From Alkalispirochaeta sp. (GTDB lineage: Bacteria > Spirochaetota > Spirochaetia > DSM-27196 > Alkalispirochaetaceae), in the NCBI GenBank assembly GCA_965601925.1, contig OZ271854.1, positions 2,400,001 through 2,464,000 on the forward strand: a stretch of 64,000 nucleotides of DNA. The letters are read 5' to 3'. Shown in pieces: positions 38,259 to 48,118 of the stretch; positions within the stretch are counted from its first letter, which is position 1, and every line of letters starts with the position of its first letter. A program made the translations under genes and the position numbers. Under the pieces are notes generated by a model that was not told the DNA's origin, did not search any database, and saw nothing but the letters and a program-made list of their open reading frames with translations.

Positions 38259-39074
38259 CTACGGTTCGGCGAGTGGAGTCTTCCTCAAACACCGCTCCGT
38301 TTCTTCATCCGCCGGGAAGAGCGTCTCCACCCGTAGTTCCTGCGCCAACGGATCGGTCGGCACCGCGACGGTCGCTACCACCGAAAAGAACGCCAGATCG
38401 ACACCCCGGTAGTGCATCCGCACGGTGAAGGCCGGACGGACGACATAACGCACGTCAAACGCCCACCAGTCGGAGGGCACATCGGGAAAGCGTCGCAGGC
38501 GTATCAATCCGGCCTTTAGGTCGTCGGACGTGAGAGCCTCGCGGTGCAGCCGTTGGATCGCCTGACGGGCGTAATCCTCCCAGTTTACGATGTAGGGGCG
38601 GAGGCCCTGGGGACTGAAGGCGAGGTCGAGCATATTGACCGGCGTATCGGGGTCATCCATGGGAAACGCCGGGGCCGCCAAGGTGAGCATCTCCGCGGCC
38701 GAACGGTTCACCTCTCGCACGTTCCAGTGGCGGTCGATCGCGAAGGTCGGGTAGGGATCGTGGGCGGTCATGAGCCGCGCGACCGCGCTCCGCAACATCA
38801 TCATCTCATCCGTCGCGATCGTCCGATCAAAATAGACGTCGGCAAATCCCGCCTTACGGAATAGGTGGTTGCGCTCCCGCAACGGAACATCCAGAGCCAC
38901 ACAGAGGCGACTGACCATCTCCCGCGACGGTGTACTGCGCCCGGTCTCAAGAAAACTCACATGGCGCGGCGGTGTCTCGACGGCGTGGGCCAGTTGCTCT
39001 TGCGACATGTTGCGTGCGGCGCGCCACGACCGGAGAAGACAACCGAACTCCGAACCCTTCGGCTCGACTTTCAT
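38259..39074 (-). CDS. XRE helix-turn-helix regulator with MmyB-like C-terminal domain
   Basis: WRAARNMSQEQLA, HVSFLETGRS.PSREMV, LDVPLRERN, ELRVETLFPAD. Confidence 0.9.
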   Translation of the reverse strand: MKVEPKGSEFGCLLRSWRAARNMSQEQLAHAVETPPRHVSFLETGRSTPSREMVSRLCVALDVPLRERNHLFRKAGFADVYFDRTIATDEMMMLRSAVARLMTAHDPYPTFAIDRHWNVREVNRSAAEMLTLAAPAFPMDDPDTPVNMLDLAFSPQGLRPYIVNWEDYARQAIQRLHREALTSDDLKAGLIRLRRFPDVPSDWWAFDVRYVVRPAFTVRMHYRGVDLAFFSVVATVAVPTDPLAQELRVETLFPADEETERCLRKTPLAEP

Positions 39075-39176
39075 ACGGTACCGTACCATGGTCGCAGTCG
39101 ACGCTCCATTCCCTGTCTGGGAATTGTTTTGCGGTGGCGAGTTGTTTACGTTCCGCCGAGGAAAGGAGCCATCGTT

Positions 39177-39983
39177 ATGCGTGTTTTTTATCTTGTCGGC
39201 TATCTACTCATCATCGTGGGTGCGGCACTGCTCACGCTCTTACTAATCTTCCTCGGGACCGGCGGCGGGATACCGGCGCTCACGTCCCGCGGCCTTGACG
39301 GCCATGGATACTACCTCTTGGGTACGATCGGATCGGTGATGCTCGGATGGGGCGTCATCCTCGTCGCCGCCGCGGCGAAAGCGGAGTTACGCGCCCCGGT
39401 CGCGTTAGGGACCGGAATCGGGTTTCTCGCACTTTCGCTGATGCGACTTGCGGTAGCGCTCGACGGCGATCCGGCGTTCGCCGACTTCGCCGTCGTGCTC
39501 CCCGGAGAGGTTGTCCTCCTTTTCGCACTGTCTATCGTGTTCCTGCGGATCGGAGTGGGGTTCTGGGGGCGTCTCGTCGACGGTTACCGGTCGCTTCGCG
39601 CGGCCCCGGTGTGGGTGCAGGTGTGGGTATGGTGCTTCCTGTTGCCGGCGAATCTGAGCGGAGTTGTCCTGTACGGACTCACCAACCACCCTTTGCCGGG
39701 GTGGATAGCCCTCGGATTCACCTTTGTGGTGCTGACGAACATGACGCTGGTGCTGTACGAACGGGGGATTTCCAAGCTTACCTCGCTGCCGCACCTCATC
39801 CCTTGGGTGCCGCTGCAAATCTACACGGGATTGTGGCTCTTTCAGTGGGGTGGGTTGTCGCCCGCAACGACCGCGTTTGCATGGTTCTATTTCATCGTCA
39901 TCGGTATATCGAACCTCTTTGACGCCTACGACACGTGGCGCTGGTTCAGCGGGGAGCGAGATATCATGACGCGGGAGGCGTAA
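39177..39983 (+). CDS. Hypothetical polytopic membrane protein
   Basis: About eight hydrophobic helices; AAAGGAG RBS before ATG 39177; divergent from the XRE gene. Confidence 0.75.
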   Translation: MRVFYLVGYLLIIVGAALLTLLLIFLGTGGGIPALTSRGLDGHGYYLLGTIGSVMLGWGVILVAAAAKAELRAPVALGTGIGFLALSLMRLAVALDGDPAFADFAVVLPGEVVLLFALSIVFLRIGVGFWGRLVDGYRSLRAAPVWVQVWVWCFLLPANLSGVVLYGLTNHPLPGWIALGFTFVVLTNMTLVLYERGISKLTSLPHLIPWVPLQIYTGLWLFQWGGLSPATTAFAWFYFIVIGISNLFDAYDTWRWFSGERDIMTREA

Positions 39984-40229
39984 ACAGCGATGTCGAGTCA
40001 AAGGAGCGATCGCGATGAACGCGGATACGACGGGCGGCCTTATGCGTCCGGCCGCGATCAAAGACCGCCCCGCCATCCCGCGTGTCGCACCGGGGGTGAG
40101 GCCACAGTTTTTTTGCGGACGAGCAACCGTATCGCCGCGCCTTTCCACGGAAGCATCCATCGGAGCAATCTGCGCCTCGAGATGACTTTTTCGAATATCT
40201 ATCAACCCGCTCATGCAAGGAGAACTCTC

Positions 40230-40682
40230 ATGGTTCATATCAACAACTCCGGCGCCGTCGCCGATGCACACCCCAACGCCCAGCTTGTACGCGACTTCTT
40301 CGACAGTGTGGCGGTCGGGGACATGGACACGTTTCGGTCCACTCTGACCTCGGACATTGTCTGGCACATGGTGGGGAAGAGCCCGCTTGCCGGCGACTGG
40401 AAGGGGCCTGATGGGATCTTGAATGGGATCTCGGCACTCGTCTTCCGTCTTGGCGGTGGAAAGTACAGCTCCGATCTTCTTCAGGTCTTCGCCAACGACA
40501 CCCATGCCATCTCTATCAGCCGCGATTACTACCGTGGTGAAGAAAACCCCTTTGATTTGAAGATGATGCTGTACTTCAAGATCGAAGACTCGCGCATCAC
40601 GGAAGTCTGGGAAGTCCCTTTTGACCTGTATGAGTTCGACCGGTTCTTTAGTACGCAACAGGAAAGACTCACCGCATCCTGA
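40230..40682 (+). CDS. NTF2/SnoaL-like family protein
   Basis: HPNAQLVRDFF..GD, DIVWH..GKSPLAG, FKIEDSRITEVW; AAGGAG RBS. Confidence 0.85.
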   Translation: MVHINNSGAVADAHPNAQLVRDFFDSVAVGDMDTFRSTLTSDIVWHMVGKSPLAGDWKGPDGILNGISALVFRLGGGKYSSDLLQVFANDTHAISISRDYYRGEENPFDLKMMLYFKIEDSRITEVWEVPFDLYEFDRFFSTQQERLTAS

Positions 40683-41264
40683 ATGCAAACACGTTGTCGG
40701 CAAACTCTCTTCCCCATCAGAGAGTTAGAGCTTTTGTACACACCGGCTTCGGCTCATCCCTGTCGAAAGGGGCCACCCCGGAGGCGACTTTGCGACACAT
40801 TGATTGAAGTGTTCGCACGGAGGGATCGCTTTCGCCTCCGATGAGTGCTCATTGTGTTGAGGTATAGCGTGAAGCTAATCCGGGCGGGAAGGTTATTGTC
40901 CGCGATCTCACGGCCACACCGCCTCATTTTCACTCGGCCGCCATGATGATTCCGTCCAACAAACCTCGGGATCAGTACACCGCCGAGGACCACATCGCTA
41001 TGGCTGAATCGGACGGATACGCCGACGCGTTGCGCGAAGCGGACTTCAGCGTCGCGAGAGTCCCGATGTAGTATTTCACGGTGCCTTCGGCATGTTAGGC
41101 CCGGATTGATCAAATCGTGGTTGCCCGACAACTCTATGGCGGCGGCACGGCCGGTTACGCCCGGGGTGACGCCGTCGCGGCGCCTCGCGCACGCGTATCG
41201 ACCGTCGCCCGCTGTCGACGCGGTTCGTAGACAGGCATGCCCTGCAAGGCGGTACCGTAGCCGA

Positions 41265-42506
41265 CTACGTCGCCGGTTCCAGCCGATAGAGGCCGCCGTC
41301 GCTCTCGTCGGTAATCAGGTACAGGTAGCCGTCGGGGCCCTGGCGTACGTCGCGAATACGACCCGCTGCGCCGAGGAGCAGCAACTCCTGACCGACCACT
41401 ACCTCGCCGTCGAGCTCCACACGGCGCAGATGTTGCCCGCGTAACGCACCGACGAAGATGTCGCCGCGCCACTGCGGGAACCTGTCCCCGGAGTAAAACG
41501 CCATGCCCGACGGCGCGATACTCGGCGACCAGTGGAGGACCGGCTGTTCCATGCCGGGACGACTCGTTCCCTCGCCGATCGGGGTGCCGCTACCGTAATT
41601 AACACCGTAGGTGATCACCGGCCAGCCGTAGTTGTTTCCCGCCGCGACGATATTGATCTCGTCGCCCCCTTGCGGTCCGTGTTCATGGAGCCAGATCTCA
41701 CCGGTTTCGGGATGCACTGCGATTCCCTGGGCGTTGCGATGCCCGTAACTGTACACTTCCGGCGCGGCATCGCCGCGTCCGATGAACGGATTGTCCGCCG
41801 GTATAGAGCCGTCCGGGGCGATCCGGATGAGCGTTCCGGCGTGGTCGGCGCGGTCTTGGGATCGACTCGGTGTGCCGCGGTCGCCGATCGTGATATAGAG
41901 CATGCCGTCGGTACCGAAGACGAGACGCGATCCGAAGTGCCGTCCGCCGGGAGTGGGGCGATTCATGCGAAAGATCACCTCCAGGTCGCGTAACGCCGCG
42001 CCGTCGAGCCGGGCGCGCGCCACCGCCGTGCCGAGCCCGCCTTGATAGCGATCGCTATAGCTCAAAAAGACGAGCCCGTTCGACGCAAAGGTGGGATGCA
42101 GCACAATATCCAGCAGGCCGCCCTGGCCGCTGGCCACGACGCGGGGAACGCCGGCAACCTCTGCGGTATCGCGCGCGCCGACGCGCCAGAGCGTTCCTCG
42201 CCGCTCCGTCACCAACACATCTCCGTCGGGGAGAAAGGCGAAGGACCAGGGTTCGTCGAGTCCTTCGACGACACGCACGAGGCGAAACGACGCTTGATCG
42301 CTGGAAATGGTATCCAGCACCGTGTCGGTTGCACGCGGTTGTGCGGAGAGGGGAGTCGTCACGACGGCAAGCACGACGATAAGAACCGTCGGAACGAGAG
42401 CGCCCCGCCGTGCCCCAGCCGTCCGTCGGTCCGCTTCGGGCTTGCGGAGTCGTCGGAGGGGGTGCAGCAGACGCGGAAGGGTGTCGGTGGAAGCGGGTAT
42501 CATCAT
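41265..42506 (-). CDS. PQQ-dependent sugar dehydrogenase (YliI/Asd family)
   Basis: GQGGLLDI.LHP, HFGSRL, YGHRNAQG, EHGPQGGDEIN, NYGWP, RIRDVRQGPDG. Confidence 0.93.
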   Translation of the reverse strand: MMIPASTDTLPRLLHPLRRLRKPEADRRTAGARRGALVPTVLIVVLAVVTTPLSAQPRATDTVLDTISSDQASFRLVRVVEGLDEPWSFAFLPDGDVLVTERRGTLWRVGARDTAEVAGVPRVVASGQGGLLDIVLHPTFASNGLVFLSYSDRYQGGLGTAVARARLDGAALRDLEVIFRMNRPTPGGRHFGSRLVFGTDGMLYITIGDRGTPSRSQDRADHAGTLIRIAPDGSIPADNPFIGRGDAAPEVYSYGHRNAQGIAVHPETGEIWLHEHGPQGGDEINIVAAGNNYGWPVITYGVNYGSGTPIGEGTSRPGMEQPVLHWSPSIAPSGMAFYSGDRFPQWRGDIFVGALRGQHLRRVELDGEVVVGQELLLLGAAGRIRDVRQGPDGYLYLITDESDGGLYRLEPAT

Positions 42507-42565
42507 TGCAATCTCCTTATACGGTATGTCATGCCGCGAGGTCCGTGACGCACCACCGCCGGCGG

Positions 42566-43795
42566 TCACCGCCCCTCCGGTCGTGCGCTGTCGGTGACCT
42601 CGAATACGAAGCGTAGGGTATGGGTAAAGCCGACTTGGCGCGTCTGGCGGTGCCGAATGTCGTCGATCTCGATTAACTCGACGTCGCTTCCCGCTGCGCG
42701 CAACTGATCGGTGAACCGGCGTTGCGACGCCGGGGTGACGATGGTGTCTTCGGTGCCTTGGATGATAAGCACCGGTTTACGGTGGCCGGTCAGTCCCGCC
42801 GCGTTCTCGTCCAGAATCTCTTTGAAATCGGGAAACTCCTCGGCCAGCCGATTGCGTTGTAGCGCTCGATGGAAGGCCGGCGTATAGACTCGACCGCCGT
42901 CGAACGGATAGTGACGCTGTACCCGATCGACACACATGCCGAGCACGTCGCGCTCAAAGGTCGGCATCCAGCTGGGGGCCAAGAGTTCAGTGGGATCGAC
43001 GTGATCGGGTCCGTAGATATCGAGATATGAGTAGAAAATGTAGGGGGTGAAGGCGGCGACTTCCCGCATGAGTACCTCGACGTTCGCGGTCGGTCCGTAT
43101 CCGATACCTCCGTCCAGGCGGATTTCGGGAGCGTAGACTGCATGAAGATCGAGGGCGGAAAAGGCGGCGTGGCCCCCCTGGGAGTAGCCGGCGACGACGT
43201 TTCCCGACCCCGGTACCACGGCACTACGAATGGTATCGCGATGATGCTCAAAGACGGCGCGCGCGCCACGCAGCGCGTCGAGGAGCACTCGTCCCCCGGC
43301 GACGCTGCTGAAGTAGCGTTGCGGCACCCGAGGGTGGTGAAATCCGATGTAGTCCGGCATCACCGCGACGAGTCCGTGGGAGGCATATGAGAGCATGTGT
43401 GCCCGATACCAACCCCACCGGATTCGCTCAGGTTCCTCGAGGCTGGCGGCACACTGGTTGCCGAGACCGGTCGTTCCCGAGCCGAATGCGAGCAACGGTG
43501 CCGCTACACGTTGCTCCGTCACCGGTACGAAGAGCCCCGCTACCGTGTCGACTACACTCCCGTCTACGTCGGTGGTAAGGAAGCGCACCTCGTATACATC
43601 TACCGCGAGCAACGCCTCGATCGGCTCAAACCCTTCGAACAGAGGCGCCGTCGCCGTCTCGATCGCCTGCGGTGACAGCCGTTCCTCGTACCGGACGGAG
43701 ACGATATCGCCGGCCGAACGCACGTTTTGTGCGCTTACGGGGATCGAGGCGACCAGAAGCGCAAGCACTGCAACGACAACCGACAGACGGTTCAT
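42566..43795 (-). CDS. Secreted alpha/beta hydrolase (secretory lipase-like)
   Basis: Signal peptide, GTTG, PDYIG, nucleophile elbow GYSQGG, QG..DTIV. Confidence 0.85.
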   Translation of the reverse strand: MNRLSVVVAVLALLVASIPVSAQNVRSAGDIVSVRYEERLSPQAIETATAPLFEGFEPIEALLAVDVYEVRFLTTDVDGSVVDTVAGLFVPVTEQRVAAPLLAFGSGTTGLGNQCAASLEEPERIRWGWYRAHMLSYASHGLVAVMPDYIGFHHPRVPQRYFSSVAGGRVLLDALRGARAVFEHHRDTIRSAVVPGSGNVVAGYSQGGHAAFSALDLHAVYAPEIRLDGGIGYGPTANVEVLMREVAAFTPYIFYSYLDIYGPDHVDPTELLAPSWMPTFERDVLGMCVDRVQRHYPFDGGRVYTPAFHRALQRNRLAEEFPDFKEILDENAAGLTGHRKPVLIIQGTEDTIVTPASQRRFTDQLRAAGSDVELIEIDDIRHRQTRQVGFTHTLRFVFEVTDSARPEGR

Positions 43796-44001
43796 ATCGC
43801 AAAGGTACGGACCGTCGAGCGGCGCCGTCCACCGTCGAGGCGGCGAACGGCGACGCGGTAACCGCCTCTCAAGGAGTTCTCGCAGCGGATCGCCGCGTGT
43901 CAACGAGAAGGATACCCACCGCGATCTTCGCGAGGGCGGCTTGATTCGACCGTTCGCGAGGCGAGAGCACTCCGATGGGCCCTTGTACCGCTGAGTCGAC
44001 A

Positions 44002-45360
44002 TCACCCCGCATCGGTAAGATCGTACTCGGCCATGAAGTACGGATAGTCGGGGTCGTAGCGTGTCAGCGGCTGCGGCTCGTCGATCCGGCCGATAGGTCG
44101 ACAGTCACCCACGGTACCGGTTGCCCCGTCCCCGATCGCCGCTCGAGCACGTTCGGCCGCCGCCTCCAGGAGCGCGACCGTTTCCGGCTCGAAGGAGAGG
44201 CGATCGGCGGACTCCCCGCAGTCCTCCCGTAGATTGTACAGCGCCCGCGCCTGCTCGCCTCGCTTGCGCAGATGCAACTTCCAGTCGCCGACTCTCACCG
44301 CCTCCAAGTCGTTGCGCAGGTAGTACCAGAACTCGGTTCGAGGTGGCCGTTCGGCCCGGCCGGTCAACAGCGCGGAGGCGTCTACGCCGTCGATCGTAGG
44401 TTCAGGAGAGAGAGCCGCACCCGCGAGTGCGGCGAGGGTCGGCAAGAGATCGATGTTGCTCAGGATGTCGTGGTTTACGCGACCCGCGGGGACCGTGCCG
44501 GGCCACCGAGCGATAAACGGAACCCGTTGACCTCCCTCCCACGTCGTACCTTTGCGTCCGCGCAAGTTCCCGCACGAGGGACCGAAGTCGTTGCGACTAC
44601 CGTTGTCGGAGGTGAAGAGCACCAGCGTGTTTCGGTCGATACCGAGGCGCTTCAACTCCGCGAAAATGACCCCCGTCGCCCAATCGATCGCCGCCACCCC
44701 GGCGCCGTACGGACCGTTCGCGCTCTCTCGCAAGAACCGATCCTGGACGTACAGCGGCAAATGCACGTACATGTGGGCAAAGTAGAGAAAAAAGGGCCGG
44801 TCGCGATTGGCTCTGAGAAACGTAACCGCGTCCTCAACGTAGCGGCCGGTGACCGAGGCTTGGTCGAGTTGCGCCTCTATCACCTCGCCGTCGCGTAAGA
44901 GCGGCAGCGGTACTCGGTAGCTATCGCTCTTGCCCGCCTGCAGCCCCATATCGTTGCTGTACGGGATGCCGTAGTACCCGTCGAATCCGTGGTTGATCGG
45001 CAAAAAGGGCGGTTGATCGCCGCAGTGCCACTTGCCGATGATACGCGTCGCGTACCCGGCCTTTCGTAACACGCCGGCAACGGTGCGCTCCGAGGGATTC
45101 AACCCCACACCCTGCCCGGGGAAGAGTACTCCTTCGCCTTCGAACTCGCCGAAGCCGATACGCGGTGGATAGCACCCGGTCAAGAGTGCGCCGCGAGAGG
45201 GCGAGCATACCGCGGAGGCGGCGTAGAAGTCGGTAAAGAGGGTGCCTTCGGCGGCCATACGGTCCAAATGGGGCGTCTTATGCAGCCGATGGCCGGTACA
45301 TCCCAGGTCTCCCCATCCGAGATCGTCACAGTTGATCAGTATGATATTGGGCTGCGACAC
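44002..45360 (-). CDS. Sulfatase (arylsulfatase-like, Cys type)
   Basis: PNIILINCDDLG, CSPSR, GKWH, SDNG. Confidence 0.95.
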   Translation of the reverse strand: MSQPNIILINCDDLGWGDLGCTGHRLHKTPHLDRMAAEGTLFTDFYAASAVCSPSRGALLTGCYPPRIGFGEFEGEGVLFPGQGVGLNPSERTVAGVLRKAGYATRIIGKWHCGDQPPFLPINHGFDGYYGIPYSNDMGLQAGKSDSYRVPLPLLRDGEVIEAQLDQASVTGRYVEDAVTFLRANRDRPFFLYFAHMYVHLPLYVQDRFLRESANGPYGAGVAAIDWATGVIFAELKRLGIDRNTLVLFTSDNGSRNDFGPSCGNLRGRKGTTWEGGQRVPFIARWPGTVPAGRVNHDILSNIDLLPTLAALAGAALSPEPTIDGVDASALLTGRAERPPRTEFWYYLRNDLEAVRVGDWKLHLRKRGEQARALYNLREDCGESADRLSFEPETVALLEAAAERARAAIGDGATGTVGDCRPIGRIDEPQPLTRYDPDYPYFMAEYDLTDAG

Positions 45361-45491
45361 ACCCGACACGCTACCACCGCCCGGCGCCACTGTAAAGCGA
45401 ACCGGCCGGTTCCCGAGGCGGCGTTCGTCTCGGGCCGATTATCGGATGTGGTAGCACGTCGACGGCGACCATCGGCGCCTCCGTGCTTGAC

Positions 45492-47036
45492 CTACCTCCG
45501 CCGGAGGCGGCGACGTACCGTTTCGCGTGCCCGTATCACCCGCAGCAGAGCGGTGATAATCGCCGGGCTGTAGACCGTCTGGCGCACGATGTCGTCCCCG
45601 TCGAAGTACTCGTCCACGTAGTGCGTCGTACTCGCCGGAATGAGCATGAGCTTTGACCACACTCGCGCCCCGACGCGCTCCCGATTCGGCATGATGCCCA
45701 TCTCCCGGGCCAACATATCGCAATAGGGGAACTGTTCGACCGGATAGACGTTATCCGTATCGATCGTGGGATAGGCGCCGCGCTGCTCCTCACGACGGCG
45801 CGCCTGCACCACCCCCAGATCGTCCGGCGGCGCGACGCGTCCGGTGAGAACCGCGACGCAGTACCGCGCCTGCATTTCGGCGATCGAGGGAATGTTGCCG
45901 ACAATCGGCCGGGCAAATCCGATAAGAAATAGACCCGATCCGTCGATATGGACGCACCCGTGGTAAAAGTCTCCAAGGCCGATCGTCCCGCCGGTAAGTT
46001 CATCGAGCCCCGAGCGATACCCGCCGGACCACACCAACACGTCCGGGTTGACGCGGATGGTGCGAAGGCCGTCGAAGTCGAGGTAGTGGGTTCGCCTCTC
46101 ATCGACCGCGGGTCCGATGATCTGCAGTCGTCCGTCGGCGACTGCGTCGAGAAAGCCGTCGCTCTTGTTATGAAAGACGTTGAACAATCGATCTCTGGCG
46201 CGCTCGGTGAGCCTCAAATCCCAGTCGCGCCGCCTGGCGCGCTCCGCGGCGGTGCCGCGCCGCCGATCTTCCCGGTGCGGAAAGACTGCGCTGAGGAGCC
46301 GCTTCCACCGAATACGAAAGGCTACGAAACGCTCGCCGATACGGTTGCGCAGCTCTCGGTCGAAGGAGAGAAGCAGACGATTGCGCAGAAAATCGGACGG
46401 CACCCCGCGGATAGGGTGGAAACGCGGACTGACACGCACTCCGGAACGCAGCGACAGATAGACGGTGTTGCCGCCCTCCGGCCGAGCCAAGTGAGCGGCC
46501 ATGTCCGTTGCCGATTCGCCGCCTCCGACGACCACGACACGCTTCCCGCGAACCGCCTCGGGGTCCTCGGCCATAGGAACGTCGCCGCCTGAAAAGGGCG
46601 CTTTGTGATACGTAAGGCCGGTGCACACAAAGACGGCGTCGAAACGTTCGATCGTCTCCGCATTGTTGGCGGCCACGGTAAGTAGCCACCGGCCGGCACT
46701 CCGCTCGATGCGACGCACCTCCACGCCGAACCGAATGGAACGCCGGAGCGCGAAGTGGTCGGCAAAGTCGTCCAAGTAGTCGCCGAACTCGCCGCCGCGG
46801 AAGAACGCATCGGTCGTTCCTGCGTCCGAAGCCTTCGCCGACCATCGGCGGAAACAGGAGAATTGCGTCGTATACTTCGTCGAGGTTGAGACGAAGTCCG
46901 GTCGCTGGTCGCCCCAGCAGCCGCGAACCGAGTCGCCGCGCTCGAAGCACACGATATCGGCGTGGGCGACGGCGTCTCGTAGGTATTTGAGCGTTACCAG
47001 ACCGCTCGCGCCCGCTCCGACAACCGCGATCTTCAC
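45492..47036 (-). CDS. Flavin-containing monooxygenase-like protein
   Basis: GAGASG, VCTG, GGGESATD, IGFARPIVGNIP..AEMQAR; hydrophobic/basic C-terminus. Confidence 0.85.
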   Translation of the reverse strand: MKIAVVGAGASGLVTLKYLRDAVAHADIVCFERGDSVRGCWGDQRPDFVSTSTKYTTQFSCFRRWSAKASDAGTTDAFFRGGEFGDYLDDFADHFALRRSIRFGVEVRRIERSAGRWLLTVAANNAETIERFDAVFVCTGLTYHKAPFSGGDVPMAEDPEAVRGKRVVVVGGGESATDMAAHLARPEGGNTVYLSLRSGVRVSPRFHPIRGVPSDFLRNRLLLSFDRELRNRIGERFVAFRIRWKRLLSAVFPHREDRRRGTAAERARRRDWDLRLTERARDRLFNVFHNKSDGFLDAVADGRLQIIGPAVDERRTHYLDFDGLRTIRVNPDVLVWSGGYRSGLDELTGGTIGLGDFYHGCVHIDGSGLFLIGFARPIVGNIPSIAEMQARYCVAVLTGRVAPPDDLGVVQARRREEQRGAYPTIDTDNVYPVEQFPYCDMLAREMGIMPNRERVGARVWSKLMLIPASTTHYVDEYFDGDDIVRQTVYSPAIITALLRVIRARETVRRRLRRR

Positions 47037-48118
47037 GACACGACCGTGAGACTCAGGATGACAAAGTTGAACTGCCCCGACTCCGGAATGAAGAGGAGCA
47101 ATCGATCGCCGGCGCGGAGCTCTTTCGTACGAAGATACTCGTCAAGCATGATGAAGATGCTGGCGGCACCGGTGTTACCGGCGCTTTGCAAGTTGGTCCA
47201 GTACGGTACGCGCCGCGTCGGCGACAGCGCCGCGATCGCCCGCTGTACTACCGGCTCGAAGTAGTACGAGGAGAGGTGAGGGAGAATCGCGGTATAGTCG
47301 GTCAACGCCTCCTTGTGGTCGACGAGCGCCCCTTCCAGGGCGCGGAGCGCAAGGGGCTCCATGTGCCGGGCCAAGATCGTTACGTCCTGGCTCAAGCGGA
47401 TTGGGTTGCTCTGAAGATACATACACAGCGGCGCCTCGTTCGCAAACGAGCGCGAGTAGGACCAGTCTATGCGGAGTGAGGTGCCCGTCTCGCGCGGCCG
47501 CGGCTCCAGGAGGAACGCCCCCGCGCCGTCGGAGAGCATGAAACGCAGGAACACCGACATGAACCACTGCGATGTGCGAACATCGCGCACGACGGCGCCC
47601 ACGTCGTGGACCGGGCGAAACGCCTTGGACTTGAGCGCCACCGAAGACTGTTCCACTCCCACGGCGACCGCCGCGGTAACGTCGCCCGACTTTATCGCCC
47701 GGTCGGCGTGCACCAGCGCTTGAGCGCCGGAGGTACAGATGCCGGCGCTCGAGCTGATCTCGATCGGCCCGTCGACGAGGGCGTCTTTCTTCAGTTGATC
47801 GTGTACCAGCGATCCGATTCCCGGCGCCAACAGCGGGGCGTGGGTAGAGCCGGCCGCCAGATAGTCGATCGCAGGCGCCGCACCGCGACCGGCCAAACAC
47901 GCCTTGACCGCCCGTGAGGCCAACTCGTAGACCGAATGGGTCGCGTTTTGGGCGGTATCCAGTGCGTAGTGGCGCGTGCGGATTCCGTTTGCCCGTAAGA
48001 TTTTGTCCCGCACCCGCCGCTCGCCCAACACACGGCCGAGATACCGGTGAATCGTATCGTTATCGACCGGATCGCCCGGCAGAAACGCGCCGGTGCCGGT
48101 GATGTAACTGTCGGACAT
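47033..48118 (-). CDS. KAS III-like ketosynthase (StlD/DarB-like)
   Basis: NGIRTRHYALD, catalytic GICTSG, FLRFMLSDGAGA, PHLSS, GNTGAAS, PESG.F. Confidence 0.88.
   Translation of the reverse strand: MSDSYITGTGAFLPGDPVDNDTIHRYLGRVLGERRVRDKILRANGIRTRHYALDTAQNATHSVYELASRAVKACLAGRGAAPAIDYLAAGSTHAPLLAPGIGSLVHDQLKKDALVDGPIEISSSAGICTSGAQALVHADRAIKSGDVTAAVAVGVEQSSVALKSKAFRPVHDVGAVVRDVRTSQWFMSVFLRFMLSDGAGAFLLEPRPRETGTSLRIDWSYSRSFANEAPLCMYLQSNPIRLSQDVTILARHMEPLALRALEGALVDHKEALTDYTAILPHLSSYYFEPVVQRAIAALSPTRRVPYWTNLQSAGNTGAASIFIMLDEYLRTKELRAGDRLLLFIPESGQFNFVILSLTVVS

Noticed and set aside
39405..40703. 432-aa minus-strand ORF
   Set aside because: Overlaps two better-supported plus-strand genes; no recognisable domain.
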